Shown in pieces: positions 40,700 through 52,400 of a DNA stretch of 64,000 nucleotides. Both the position numbers and the translations under genes were made by a program. The stretch is taken from positions 1-64,000 of the IMG/VR virus record IMGVR_UViG_3300020276_000001; one strand, given 5' to 3'. The stretch's first letter is position 1; the number at the start of each line of letters is the position of its first letter. This stretch comes from a virus. Its lineage: Duplodnaviria; Caudoviricetes. A model generated the notes under the pieces. It saw only the letters and a list, made by a program, of their open reading frames with translations, was not told the DNA's origin and did not search any database.

Positions 40700-41100
40700 T
40701 GAGTTTTAATTACGTAGGACAAGCACCATTACAAGGTGATACAGACGAACGTTATTTCTACGCATTACGTAGAGATGATGATGGACAAATGTTTATTCAA
40801 AAAGTAGACATGGCATCTCCAACAGATTCAGCACAAATTAACAGACCAGGTGGTACTGATGGTAACTATACAGAGTTTCAATCAGGTGAGGACTTCTTTG
40901 AGGGAAGAAATCCAAACCATGTATTAGTTTTTGATAACTTACTTTACGAACAAATGCGTTGGGACGATAAAAACATTTACTATTATGTAAACAGTGAAGG
41001 CGAACTTGTTTTAAGAGTCAATACAAAATACGAATATGACAACGGTCTTTCAAGTGATCATTTAGAATTTGGTCAGAACGCAACAGGATACGCAGGGTAA
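40699..41100 (+). CDS. Hypothetical structural protein
   Basis: 133-aa ORF translationally coupled on both sides. Confidence 0.7.
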   Translation: MSFNYVGQAPLQGDTDERYFYALRRDDDGQMFIQKVDMASPTDSAQINRPGGTDGNYTEFQSGEDFFEGRNPNHVLVFDNLLYEQMRWDDKNIYYYVNSEGELVLRVNTKYEYDNGLSSDHLEFGQNATGYAG

Positions 41101-44100
41101 TGGCACAATTTAATTTAGCAAGAATACGTTATAACTGGAAAAATGTTTGGTTACCAGGTGCAACATATATCAAAGATGATATTGTTCGTAATGGTGGTAA
41201 CACTTACATCTGTATGGTTGGACACGTTTCCGATCAAACAAGTTTTAAAACAGACTTAACTGCAACCCCAGGTAAGTGGTTATTAAACGCAGAAGGTTAT
41301 GCTTGGAAAAACAACTGGCAAGTTAACGTAAGATATGCTGTAAATGATTTGTTCAAATACAATGGTGTAATTTATAGGGTATTAGAAGAACATCTTTCAA
41401 ACTCAAACGCAACAACAGGTATCTCAGCTGACTTAGGTAAGTTACAAGCCTATGCAAAAACTCCTAACTGGAGAATAGATTGGACACCTGCAACAAGATA
41501 CAGAGTAGATGATTTAGTTAAGTATGGTGGAATTTTATATCAGTGTTTAGAAGAACATACTTCATCAACTACAGTAGCAGGACTAGAACAAGATCAATCA
41601 AGATGGGACATCGTTGCAAGAAGTGACGATTGGAAATCTAATTGGACAGTAAGTACAAGATATGTAAAAGATGATCTTGTAAGATATGGAGCAACACTTT
41701 ACAGATGTAACACAGGACATACTTCAGCAACAACAACTATATTAGGATTAGAACAAGATTCAGCTAAATGGGATACCGTACTTGAAGGTATAGTTTACAA
41801 AGGTGAGTGGCAAGGTAATTTAGACTCGTCAGGTATTAGATATAAAGTTGGAGATATTGTAAAATATGGTCCTACATTATGGAAATGTAAAACTGCTCAC
41901 AGTTCATTAGCAAGTTTCGACGAAGCAAAATTTGACATATGGTGTCCTGGATTAGGTTATGAAGCTGTTTGGAATAGTGCGGCAGTTTACCAACCAGGTG
42001 ACATTGTAATATACGGAGGATACACTTATGTATCAATGACTAATAACACATCTAGTCCTCCAAGTGTTACTGGTGTGTTCTACGAAGGTGAAAGTTTACA
42101 AGGTTTATACGACTGGGAATTAATGATAACCGGTTACCAAATGAAAGGTGAGTGGGATAATGGTACTGCTTACAGAACTGGTGACGTTGTTAGAAATAAA
42201 GGTTTTGTTTATATTGCTGTTAGAGATAGTACTGGACAACAACCAGATGCATTAGATCCAGAGTCAAGAGGATATTACGATCCAGGTTCAACTAGATCAA
42301 CTGAAGGTTCAGTTAATATGTACTGGCAGTTATTGATCACTGGTATCTATTACAGAGGAGAGTGGTTAACTAGTCAAGCATACGTACTTGGAGATATTGT
42401 TGCACACAAAGGAACTACTTATAAATGTATACAAGCACACGCAGGTGATGATTCATCACTTGTTACTCCAGACTTAGATACAACAAACAGTTATTGGGTC
42501 ACATACATTGGAGGTACGCCAGGTAACGTATTACAATATAGAGGTGACCTTAGAACACATGATGGCAGTAACCATACAAAATTAGCAATTGGTTCACCAG
42601 GACAAGCATTAAAAGTTGTTAATGGAACAGGTACTTGGGAAAGACTTGGAGAAGTTGCAAAAGTTTATTATGTTGCTCCAGGTGGAAAAGACGATGCAGG
42701 ATTTGGATTAACAATTAGTGCTCCATTTGCCTCAATCAAATATGCAACACAATATATTTTACAAGATGAAGCCAACAGAGCTCCTGCAACAATTTTTGTT
42801 AGCACAGGACTTTATGAAGAAATTACTCCGATTAATGTACCGGCTGGAGTTGCTATTGTTGGAGATGAATTAAGAAGTACAACTGTTAAACCTAGAGTAG
42901 GTTATGAAACTCTTGATATGTTTAGAGTTAGAAATGGTTGTGGAATAAGAAACATGACACTACAAGGTATGAGTGGTGTACTAGGAAGTGCTGATAACTA
43001 TGGTGCACAGGTTCCTAACACAGGTGCTTACGTGGCACTTGATCCAGGATCAGGACCAGCAGACACTAGTGTATGGATTACAAACAAATCAACTTATGTA
43101 CAAAACGTTACAACAATAGGAACAGCTTGTATCGGAATGAAAATTGACGGTGCATTACACAATGGTGGTAACAAATCAATTGTTGCTAATGACTTTACAC
43201 AGGTTATAACTGATGGTATTGGTATGTGGTGTAACGCAGATGGTAAGTCAGAGCTTGTATCAGTGTTTACATATTATTGTCACATTGGTTACTATTGTAC
43301 AGCAGGTGGTAAGATACGTGCTACAAACGGTAACAACTCATATGGAAAATATGGATCATTTGCAGAAGGAGAACTTGCAAGTGAAACACCTATTACTTGT
43401 ACATTGAACAATAGATATTATGATGCAGAAGCACCAGTTGTTTACAACAACGCAAATAAGATTTTTGGATTAGGTTACACACACGCAGGTGAGGCTTATG
43501 ATGATGCAACATTTACAGTTACAGGTTCAGGTTCAGGTGTTGAAGTTGATAACGATTTCATTGAACAACGTAACGCAAGTATTTCAGAAATAAGAATGCT
43601 TGATCCAGGTGATTCAAGTTTACCTGGAGGTAGAGGACACTTAACAGGTATAAGAAACTCTGCACAAAGCGGAACTAACCTTAATATTAAGATTGCACAA
43701 TCAGATGCTGAAACTACTCCTGCAAAATATGTAGGTAGAGCAATACTTACAGTAAGTAATATTTCAGCGGCAGATCCAACTAGAGTAGGTAATCCATTAG
43801 ATGCACCTTACACTTATACGGGTGTTACAGGAACTTCAAACAATCCGTTTGCAACTACATCACTAATGACGTTTACTGTTGTTATTGATAACACAGGCGC
43901 CGCGTCAGTTACAGTAACCAATGGCGGTGACAGTCATAGAATTGGAGATACAATTACAATCTTAGATTCAGCATTAGGTAACTTTGGAGCGGCAAACTTA
44001 ACATTCCAAGTTGGAACAATAAGTGAATCAATGCTAATCTTTATTGAAGAAGGTAAAGGTGTTGGACAATATGCAATCATAGATGAATACTTTATAACTA

Positions 44101-46421
44101 CTAAACAAATTAACTGTATTAGACCATCAGATGGTAAACGTGGTTGGGATCATATTGTTCCAGGTACTGCTATTGAAACAAGTTTAGATGGTTCAACAAC
44201 TTATAGAATTGAACCAAGAATTGAAGTTGCAAAACCAACTTATGCAACAGCATCAAACAACACAAATATTACAGACACATGGCAACCAGTTGCTGGTGGT
44301 GTTGGAACTACTATGGTAGCCTTTCCGGCAACACATTCCAACAAAGCACTTTACAGTGACGCAGGAGGATCAAGTTGGTCAGCGGCAATAGTTGATAACG
44401 ATTTTGTAAGACCAACGTGTATGGTAAAATGTAAAGGTAAATTAAAATACTTTATTGCATTAGGTAATGGAACTAAAGCTAACTTATCAACAGCAGGTAC
44501 AGCCTGGGGTTCAACAGCTTATAATATTACTCAACGTCCTTGGGTTGATATTGCAGAAGGACCTTTTAGTGCTACATCACATACTGTCTATGCAATAGCA
44601 GACGATTCAGATGAATTAGCAAAATCAACGACAGACGGAACATCATGGACTTATGTAAGTTCAGGTATGGGAACAGGACTAAAACATATTAGATACGGTA
44701 ACGGTAAATGGATGGCTGTTAAAGCAGACGGTACCGCTTACGAAAGTATTGATAACGGAACAACTTGGACATCAACAACAAGAGTTTGTCCAACAACTTA
44801 TAACGTAACAGACTTTGCATACGGTAATGGATTATTTGTAGCGGCAGTAAAACCAAACGGAACTGCTTCGTTTCCATTTAATCCTGCAACACCGTCAACA
44901 GCAATTAGTGATGGAACGTCAGCAACTACAATGACGTTTGGTTTACCTTCAACTTTTTATATTAGTGATACTAATTCTTCAGAAGGTGCCAACAATGCAA
45001 CTTGGAGACCAGTAGCAAGTTCAGGTATTATTAATGAACTTGAATGGGGATTAGATTATAGCGATGGTGTTTTCTGTGCAGTTGATACAGCAGGAAATAT
45101 AAGAACTTCAGATGGTGGCGATGTTTGGGTAACACAAAGTCAAATTACTCCTCCAGCTGGTGCGTTTAGACCAAAAGTAAATCCAATGACAGGTGGTGCA
45201 GGACCTAAGTTCTTAGTTATAGATTCAAGTTCTACTGCAACTGTTAACAGTATTAAGACAGGTGCTCAAGCACAAATGAGAGCAACCACAGACACAGGTA
45301 GAATTACAAAATTTGTAATGACAGAAACTGGATCAGGATATGACTCAGCTAACCCACCTGTGATACATATTCACGATACACAGAAAACACAAGAAGCTAA
45401 CATTCAAGTTAGAATAAAAGATAGAGTACTTGGACAACCAATATTTAAAAACAGAGGTGCATTGTATACTAAATTTAATGCAGTAACAATCGTAGGTAAC
45501 GGATTTATTGACAAGTATCAAACTGGTGGCGAAGTAATTGTTGACAACTTAACACTATTACCAAGTCCAGGAGATAACTTAAGATTTCCAAGTATCACAG
45601 ATATCATTTATAAAATTGGAACAGCAACAGTTATATCAGGAACTGCTCCAAACATTAGAGCAAAAATTAGTATTGCACCAACAATGGGAATTCAAGAATC
45701 TCCAGAGCATAATGAAAGTTTAACTATTAGACAAAATTACAGTCAGGTTAGATTGACAGGACATGACTTCCTAGATATTGGTACAGGAAACTTTGCAGAA
45801 ACTAGCTATCCATTACTTTACACAGAAGGTTACGGTTCAGTAAACGAACCACAACAACCACAAGAAACACAAGAGTACAATGGAGGTAGAGTATTCTACG
45901 CATCCACTGACCAAGATGGTAACTTTAGAGTTGGTGAACTATTTAAAGTTGAACAGAGTACAGGTATTGTTACAATTAACGCATCACAGTTTGATCTAGC
46001 AGGACTAGATGAATTAAGATTGGGAGCGTTTATACTTGGTGGGACAAACGCTGTAATTAGAGAATTTTCTAAGGAACAAACATTTGTTGCTAACAGTAAT
46101 AGTATTGTTCCAACACAAAGGGCCGTTGCCGCATATATCCAAAGTAGGATATCAGGTGGTGGATCCAACATTGCCGCAAACGCACTAACGGCAGGAACTT
46201 GTAAATTTAGTCAGATTAACCACTTATCAAACACAGGTGGATTACCGATTAACATTCCTGTGGCCTTACACGCCACTAAAATGCCAGGTGGAACTATGGT
46301 TGCACAGGCATTTAACAATATTAACAATGATATGGGTGCTATGATGGATTCATTTGATGATCTAGAAGGATCAGATGGTTACTATAACGATAGTGGAAAT
46401 GGTTATGGGGGAACGCAATAA
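41100..46421 (+). CDS. Giant fibre/appendage protein 1 (Trp-rich carbohydrate-binding-like repeats, pectin-lyase-like beta-helix, BNR-like propeller region)
   Basis: Repeats W-x4-Y-x2-D-x-V-x-YGG-x2-Y-x-C-x3-H-x-S, VGDELRST, and S-x-DG-x-W Asp-box motifs. Confidence 0.75.
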   Translation: MAQFNLARIRYNWKNVWLPGATYIKDDIVRNGGNTYICMVGHVSDQTSFKTDLTATPGKWLLNAEGYAWKNNWQVNVRYAVNDLFKYNGVIYRVLEEHLSNSNATTGISADLGKLQAYAKTPNWRIDWTPATRYRVDDLVKYGGILYQCLEEHTSSTTVAGLEQDQSRWDIVARSDDWKSNWTVSTRYVKDDLVRYGATLYRCNTGHTSATTTILGLEQDSAKWDTVLEGIVYKGEWQGNLDSSGIRYKVGDIVKYGPTLWKCKTAHSSLASFDEAKFDIWCPGLGYEAVWNSAAVYQPGDIVIYGGYTYVSMTNNTSSPPSVTGVFYEGESLQGLYDWELMITGYQMKGEWDNGTAYRTGDVVRNKGFVYIAVRDSTGQQPDALDPESRGYYDPGSTRSTEGSVNMYWQLLITGIYYRGEWLTSQAYVLGDIVAHKGTTYKCIQAHAGDDSSLVTPDLDTTNSYWVTYIGGTPGNVLQYRGDLRTHDGSNHTKLAIGSPGQALKVVNGTGTWERLGEVAKVYYVAPGGKDDAGFGLTISAPFASIKYATQYILQDEANRAPATIFVSTGLYEEITPINVPAGVAIVGDELRSTTVKPRVGYETLDMFRVRNGCGIRNMTLQGMSGVLGSADNYGAQVPNTGAYVALDPGSGPADTSVWITNKSTYVQNVTTIGTACIGMKIDGALHNGGNKSIVANDFTQVITDGIGMWCNADGKSELVSVFTYYCHIGYYCTAGGKIRATNGNNSYGKYGSFAEGELASETPITCTLNNRYYDAEAPVVYNNANKIFGLGYTHAGEAYDDATFTVTGSGSGVEVDNDFIEQRNASISEIRMLDPGDSSLPGGRGHLTGIRNSAQSGTNLNIKIAQSDAETTPAKYVGRAILTVSNISAADPTRVGNPLDAPYTYTGVTGTSNNPFATTSLMTFTVVIDNTGAASVTVTNGGDSHRIGDTITILDSALGNFGAANLTFQVGTISESMLIFIEEGKGVGQYAIIDEYFITTKQINCIRPSDGKRGWDHIVPGTAIETSLDGSTTYRIEPRIEVAKPTYATASNNTNITDTWQPVAGGVGTTMVAFPATHSNKALYSDAGGSSWSAAIVDNDFVRPTCMVKCKGKLKYFIALGNGTKANLSTAGTAWGSTAYNITQRPWVDIAEGPFSATSHTVYAIADDSDELAKSTTDGTSWTYVSSGMGTGLKHIRYGNGKWMAVKADGTAYESIDNGTTWTSTTRVCPTTYNVTDFAYGNGLFVAAVKPNGTASFPFNPATPSTAISDGTSATTMTFGLPSTFYISDTNSSEGANNATWRPVASSGIINELEWGLDYSDGVFCAVDTAGNIRTSDGGDVWVTQSQITPPAGAFRPKVNPMTGGAGPKFLVIDSSSTATVNSIKTGAQAQMRATTDTGRITKFVMTETGSGYDSANPPVIHIHDTQKTQEANIQVRIKDRVLGQPIFKNRGALYTKFNAVTIVGNGFIDKYQTGGEVIVDNLTLLPSPGDNLRFPSITDIIYKIGTATVISGTAPNIRAKISIAPTMGIQESPEHNESLTIRQNYSQVRLTGHDFLDIGTGNFAETSYPLLYTEGYGSVNEPQQPQETQEYNGGRVFYASTDQDGNFRVGELFKVEQSTGIVTINASQFDLAGLDELRLGAFILGGTNAVIREFSKEQTFVANSNSIVPTQRAVAAYIQSRISGGGSNIAANALTAGTCKFSQINHLSNTGGLPINIPVALHATKMPGGTMVAQAFNNINNDMGAMMDSFDDLEGSDGYYNDSGNGYGGTQ

Positions 46422-46454
46422 TGATAAATAACAGTAATAAGGATTTAAAACACA

Positions 46455-49400
46455 ATGGCTGAGTTTAAACTAGGTAGAATTAGATTTGTATGGAAAGGCG
46501 CTTGGGCGGCGGCTACCTCATATTATAAAGACGATATCATCAGACACGGTGGTAGAACTTACTATTGTGCAGTAGGACACACAGCCTCTACATTATTCAC
46601 AACAGACGAAGCTACAAAATGGAATTTATTTGCTGATGGTCAATCATGGCAAGGTGACTGGGTAGCAGGAACCTACTACAAACAGAACGATATTGTCAAA
46701 TATGGTGGTTATCTATATGTTGCCAACACGGCTCACACAGCAGAAGCTGATGGTGGAAGTGCTGGTAAACTAGAAACTGATCAAGCTAAATGGGATTTAT
46801 TCGCAGAAGGCTTTGATTGGAAAAATATATGGACAGTAGCTACACAATATAAAGTAAATGATTTAGTTAAGTATGGTGGAACAGTTTATCTTTGTACAAC
46901 TGCACATACTTCAAGTGCAACTTTTGCCTCAGACGCAGATGGACTAGAAGCAGATCAAGCCAAGTGGGATGTCTTTTCAAAAGGCATAGACTGGAAAACA
47001 GATTGGACAGTTGCAACAAAATACAGAGTTAACGATACAGTACGTTACGGTGGACAACTTTATATTTGTAACGAAGGACACTTATCATCAGCAACAGTAA
47101 GTTTAGGACTTGAAGCTGATCAAAGTAAATGGGATTACGCACACAAAGGTATTGAATATAAATCAGTACACGCAACAGCAACAAGATATAAAGTTAATGA
47201 CGTTGTTAAGTATGGTGGCGGTTTATGGATTGCTACAAGAGAACACACATCAGGTGGAACTAACCTAGCAGATGACAATGCAGTAACAGGAGTTGCGGCA
47301 ACTGTAAATTCAATTAGTGCCGCAGATGCAACAAGAACAGCAGGAACTTACAAAGACGTTGGAGGTTCAAGTGGTGGATCAGGTACAGGACAAAGATTTA
47401 CAATCGTAATTGATGGTTCAGGTGCGGCAAGTGTCACAATAACTAATGGTGGTTCAGGACACTCAGCATCAGATACAATTACAGTAACGCCAGGATTTAT
47501 TGGAGGCACAGGAGCTTCTTTAACTTTTAATATTGCAACAGTAACACAAACAACTAACTGGTCACAATTTGTTCCAGGATTAGAGTTTGAAGATTCATGG
47601 GCAAGTACAACAAGTTATCAACCAGGTGACTTTGTAACTTACGGTGGTTACTCTTATATTGCAAAAACAAATCATACAAATGTTGTTCCATATAACAATG
47701 CGGCAACTTGGGATTTATTTACAACAGGATTTAGTTTAAAAGGTGACTATGCAAATGCTACAGCGGCAGTTAACGGTACAACTTCAAACTCAACTGCATT
47801 AGTAGTTGACGGCAACGTTGGCACTATTGTTCAAGGCATGGTTGTAACTGGAACAGGTGTTTCAGGTGTAGTTACAGTAACAACAGTTACAGATCAAAAT
47901 AATTTAGTATTAAGTTCAGCACAAAGTTTAACTAACGATGTTGCTTTATCTTTCAACACAGCATACAAAACAGGTGATGTTGTTAGAGTTGGTGGTTACA
48001 CTTATCTTGCTATAGCAGATACAACAGGTAACAGACCACCAAATGCAAGTTACTGGGAAAAACTTAACGAAGGTATTAACTGGAAAAATACTTGGACTAA
48101 CGGAACTTACTATGATGTAGGTGATGCTGTTAGAGGTATTAACAATGTTAACTCATATATTTGTGTTACGGCACACACAGCTGATCAAGTTTCTGCACAA
48201 AACAGACCAGATCAAGATGTTGATGGTAGCGAATGGAAATTAATTTCAGGTGGTGCTGAATCAGGCAACTTAACAACTGCTGGTGATTTAGTTTACTACG
48301 GTGGATCAGGTCCAACTAGATTACCAATTGGTATTGCAGGACAGGTATTAAAAGTAAATGACGCCGGTAATGCTCCTGAATGGAGTTACTTTGGTCAAGT
48401 AGATCAAGTTTACTACGTAGGTAAAGGTGGCGGAGATTATGCGGCACCAGGATACGGTGTTACTATTGACAAACCTTGGAAAACTATTAGACACGGACTA
48501 CGTGAAATTAAGATGGGTCCAAGAAATCCAATCGTAGCAGATATTTTAATTAGAAATAAACAGTTTATACAAGTTGAAGCAGGTAAAGAATATCCAGCTT
48601 ACCAAATTGCAAACGCAGGTGGTAGTGGTATATGGAATGGCTTTAGTTTTGATAATGCAAAATGTCAAAGAGACATTGGATTAATCACAGATGCAATTAT
48701 TTGGGATTTGAAACATGGTGGTAACGAACGTTCAAGAGAGATGGCACAGTCATACTTTAGTACAGCAGGTGCTAGTTACGTTTCAGGACAAGAAGCAAAT
48801 ACAGTAGAAGTTATTAATTACGCAAACACAATGATGCAAAGAATTGTACAGAACTTAACTGTTACAACTAACTATCAAGCACTAAACTCTGCGTCAAATG
48901 TTGTTACACAATACACTTCAGCATTGACTCCAGAATCAGGTGTTACTACACACATAACAACTTTAATTGGAATCATTACAGAAGTTATTACAGCAGGAAA
49001 CTTAACAGGTTTAGATGCTAAAATTAAACCAAACACAACATTGTTTGTTAAAACAGGACAATACACAGAAGTACTTCCGTTGATTGTTCCAGCGGATTGT
49101 GCCGTTGTTGGTGACGAATTACGTTCAACTGATATTGGATTATACGCAACAGGTACTACACTAGCCAATGATGCTACACTTACAATGGCTTCATTAACTA
49201 GATTAAAAGCTATCATGAGTGATTTAATTTTAAATAATGCAATTACAAAAACACCAGCAGGTGCAATGGTTAAAGTTGATACATTTGGTGCCGCTGATGC
49301 AAGTAGAACAGCAGGAACATATACAGGTGTAGCAGGTGCAAGTGCAGGTTCAGGTACAGTAGGAACATTTAACGTTACTGTTGATGCTTCAACTGGTAAT

Positions 49401-52400
49401 GTTTCAAACGTAGATATTATAACAGGTGGATCAGGACACGCAGTTAACGACACTATTACTATTCAAGATAGTGCATTAGGTGGCGGTGGTGCGGCTAACT
49501 TTACATTTGATGTTGCTGAAATTGCCACAGGTAATACACAAACACAAAATACAAACCATCCGGTAGGAGATGCAACAGCAGTTACATCTACAACTAATTT
49601 AATTGATGATATTAGTAACAAAATTAATTATGGTGTAAATGGTGCAGGTTCAGATGTTACGGTAACAGGGCAGACTACAACAAATGCTAGAGCAGGTGAT
49701 GTATATGCTAGAGGAAGAATTTATGCTAACTTAGACTTTTTACTTTATGAAGGTCAAGAATATATTAAAGCAAACAATACAAAAATGTATATGGAGAAAG
49801 AAGCAACTTATGGTTCTACTCACGATGCAAAATGTAGAGATGACTTAAAACGTTACATAGACGCAATCCTTTGGGATTTAGAAAACTATGGAAACTATAT
49901 GTCCGTACTAGCGGCAAGATACTTAATAAATGCTATTAACGGATCAACTACAGAAGATATGTTCTACATGGAAAATGGTACTGGTTTAAGAAACTGTACT
50001 GTTAGAGGATTAACAGGAACATTAGGTAGTGCAAACTCATATGGAACTAAACGTCCAACAGCAGGTGCTTTTGTTTCACTTAACCCAAGTTGGGGACCAG
50101 CAGACACAAGAGCTTGGATATCAACACGTTCACCATACGTACAAAACGTAACAACTTTTGGTACAAAATGTATTGGAATGAAAGTTGATGGCGATATACA
50201 CGCAGGTGGTAACGATTCTATCGTTGCTAACGACTTTACACAAATTTTAGATCAAGGTATTGGTGCTTGGGTAACTAACCTAGGTAGAGCAGAGCTTGTT
50301 TCCGTGTTCTCATACTACGGACACATTGGATACCTTTCAGAAAACGGCGGAAAAATTAGAGGAACTAATGGTAACTCATCATATGGTGACTTTGGTTGTG
50401 TTGCAGAAGGTGTTGACTTAACTGAAACACCAATTGAAGCTTTCGTTGATAACAGATCATTTGATGCACTAATAGGTGCAACTATAACAGATAACAATAA
50501 TATTATTGCACTAGAATACCAGAACGCAGGAAGAGATTACAACGTATCTACAACAGCATTTAGTTTAAGTGGAGACGGTTATGGTGTTACAGGTTTAACT
50601 CCAGTTATTAATACTGGTGGCTTAATGGAAGTTAGAATGACAGGTGATAGCACAACATTTGGTGGTGCTGATTACAAATTTGCAACTAACACTCCACAGG
50701 CAGGTACAGCAACACAGATTACTTTATCCAACACTGATACAGCCTTAAGTGCGGCGTATGTTGGAATGGCTGTATTCATTACAGGCGGTAAGGGTGCTGG
50801 ACAATATGGTTATATTGACACATACAACGCAGGTACAAAAGTTGCGACAATTAAAAAATATTCAGATAACACAGCAGGTTGGAATCAGATTGTAAGTGGT
50901 AGAGCTATTGAAAGTGCTTTAGACAACACAACAGTTTATAGTGTTGAGCCTAGAGTTAACGTAACTGCTCCACAAAACGATGGATCAACTGCGGTAGAAA
51001 CTGCATTATGTAGAGCCAAAGTTGCAGATGGAAAAATTAGTGAAGTAAGAATTATCCATCCAGGTAAATCTTACACAGCGGCTCCAACAGTAACATTTAC
51101 AGATCCAAACAATACAGCAGATGCTCCATTAGAAACATTTATTGGAGACGGTGTATTAGCTCAACCTTCATTTACTTCAAGAGGTACAGGCTTTACAACT
51201 TTAAGTGCTACAGTGACAGACGCAGGTACAGTAAAAGATATTACAGGTGTTAGCTATACTGCTAATCCTTATGCAAAAGTATTGTTAACTGCAAACAAAG
51301 AATATATTAAAGACGAAACAGTTGCTTGGATTAATAGCCAAGTTACTAATAACCCAACATCAACTACTTGGGGTGGATTTATTTACGATCAAGTTAAGTG
51401 TGAAAGAGACACAGGGTTAATTATTGATGCTATGTTACACGATCTTGAATTTGGTGGAACTAGAGAAACAATTAAAGCGGCTAAGGCTTATTGGATTGGA
51501 ACACAATCTCAAGTACTTGGACAACAAACACAAACAGTATTGTCATTGTTACAAACAAAAGTAATTATTAATGATTATGTAATGGATAATACTTCTTACA
51601 GTTCTTTACAGTCAGTAACTTCACAAACTACAAACAGTAACAACGGTGAAGCGGCGGCACAAACTAAAGTTGCAGAATTATTTGATATTATTACAGAAGT
51701 AATTAACAACGGACTTGGTGCAGTTCCAACTAATGGTGGAACAGGTGTTGTTAATATCACAGTTGCAACACATAACATTTTAGAAAGAACTAAAATTAGA
51801 ATTACAGAAGTTGGTGGTACAACAACACTTAACTCAAACGAATATTATGTTAAAGTTGTTGATGCAAATACTTTACAACTTTATATTGATAAAGATTTAT
51901 TATTCCCAGCAGTATTAACTACAGGATCAGCTTATAGTTCCGGTGGTAAAGTTACTTTTGGTGCTGGTTACAGAGATGCAAAACAGTCAGGAAAATATGT
52001 ACAGGTAGAAGGTATGTTAAGTGTACCACAAGCTGGAGCAAACGTTGTATTCTCAAGTTTACCAAGTAAATTTTTCAAACTTGTTAGTGTAACAAACTTA
52101 ACAGGTTCAGGACCATATGCGGCATTATTACAAGTTTCGCCAGATGTGGCAATTGACGAATCACCAGTACATGGTGACAAAGTTGAAATGAGAATTAGAT
52201 ATTCACAGGTACGTTTAACAGGACATGACTTCCTAGATATTGGTACAGGTGGATTTACTACAACAAATTATCCTGGAACACCAACTATACCATCAGATCA
52301 AAATGATGAAGCAGTTGTTGGTGGTGGTGGAAGAGTGTTCTTTACATCAACAGACCAAGATGGTAACTTTAGAGTTGGTGGATTGTTCAACGTTGAACAG

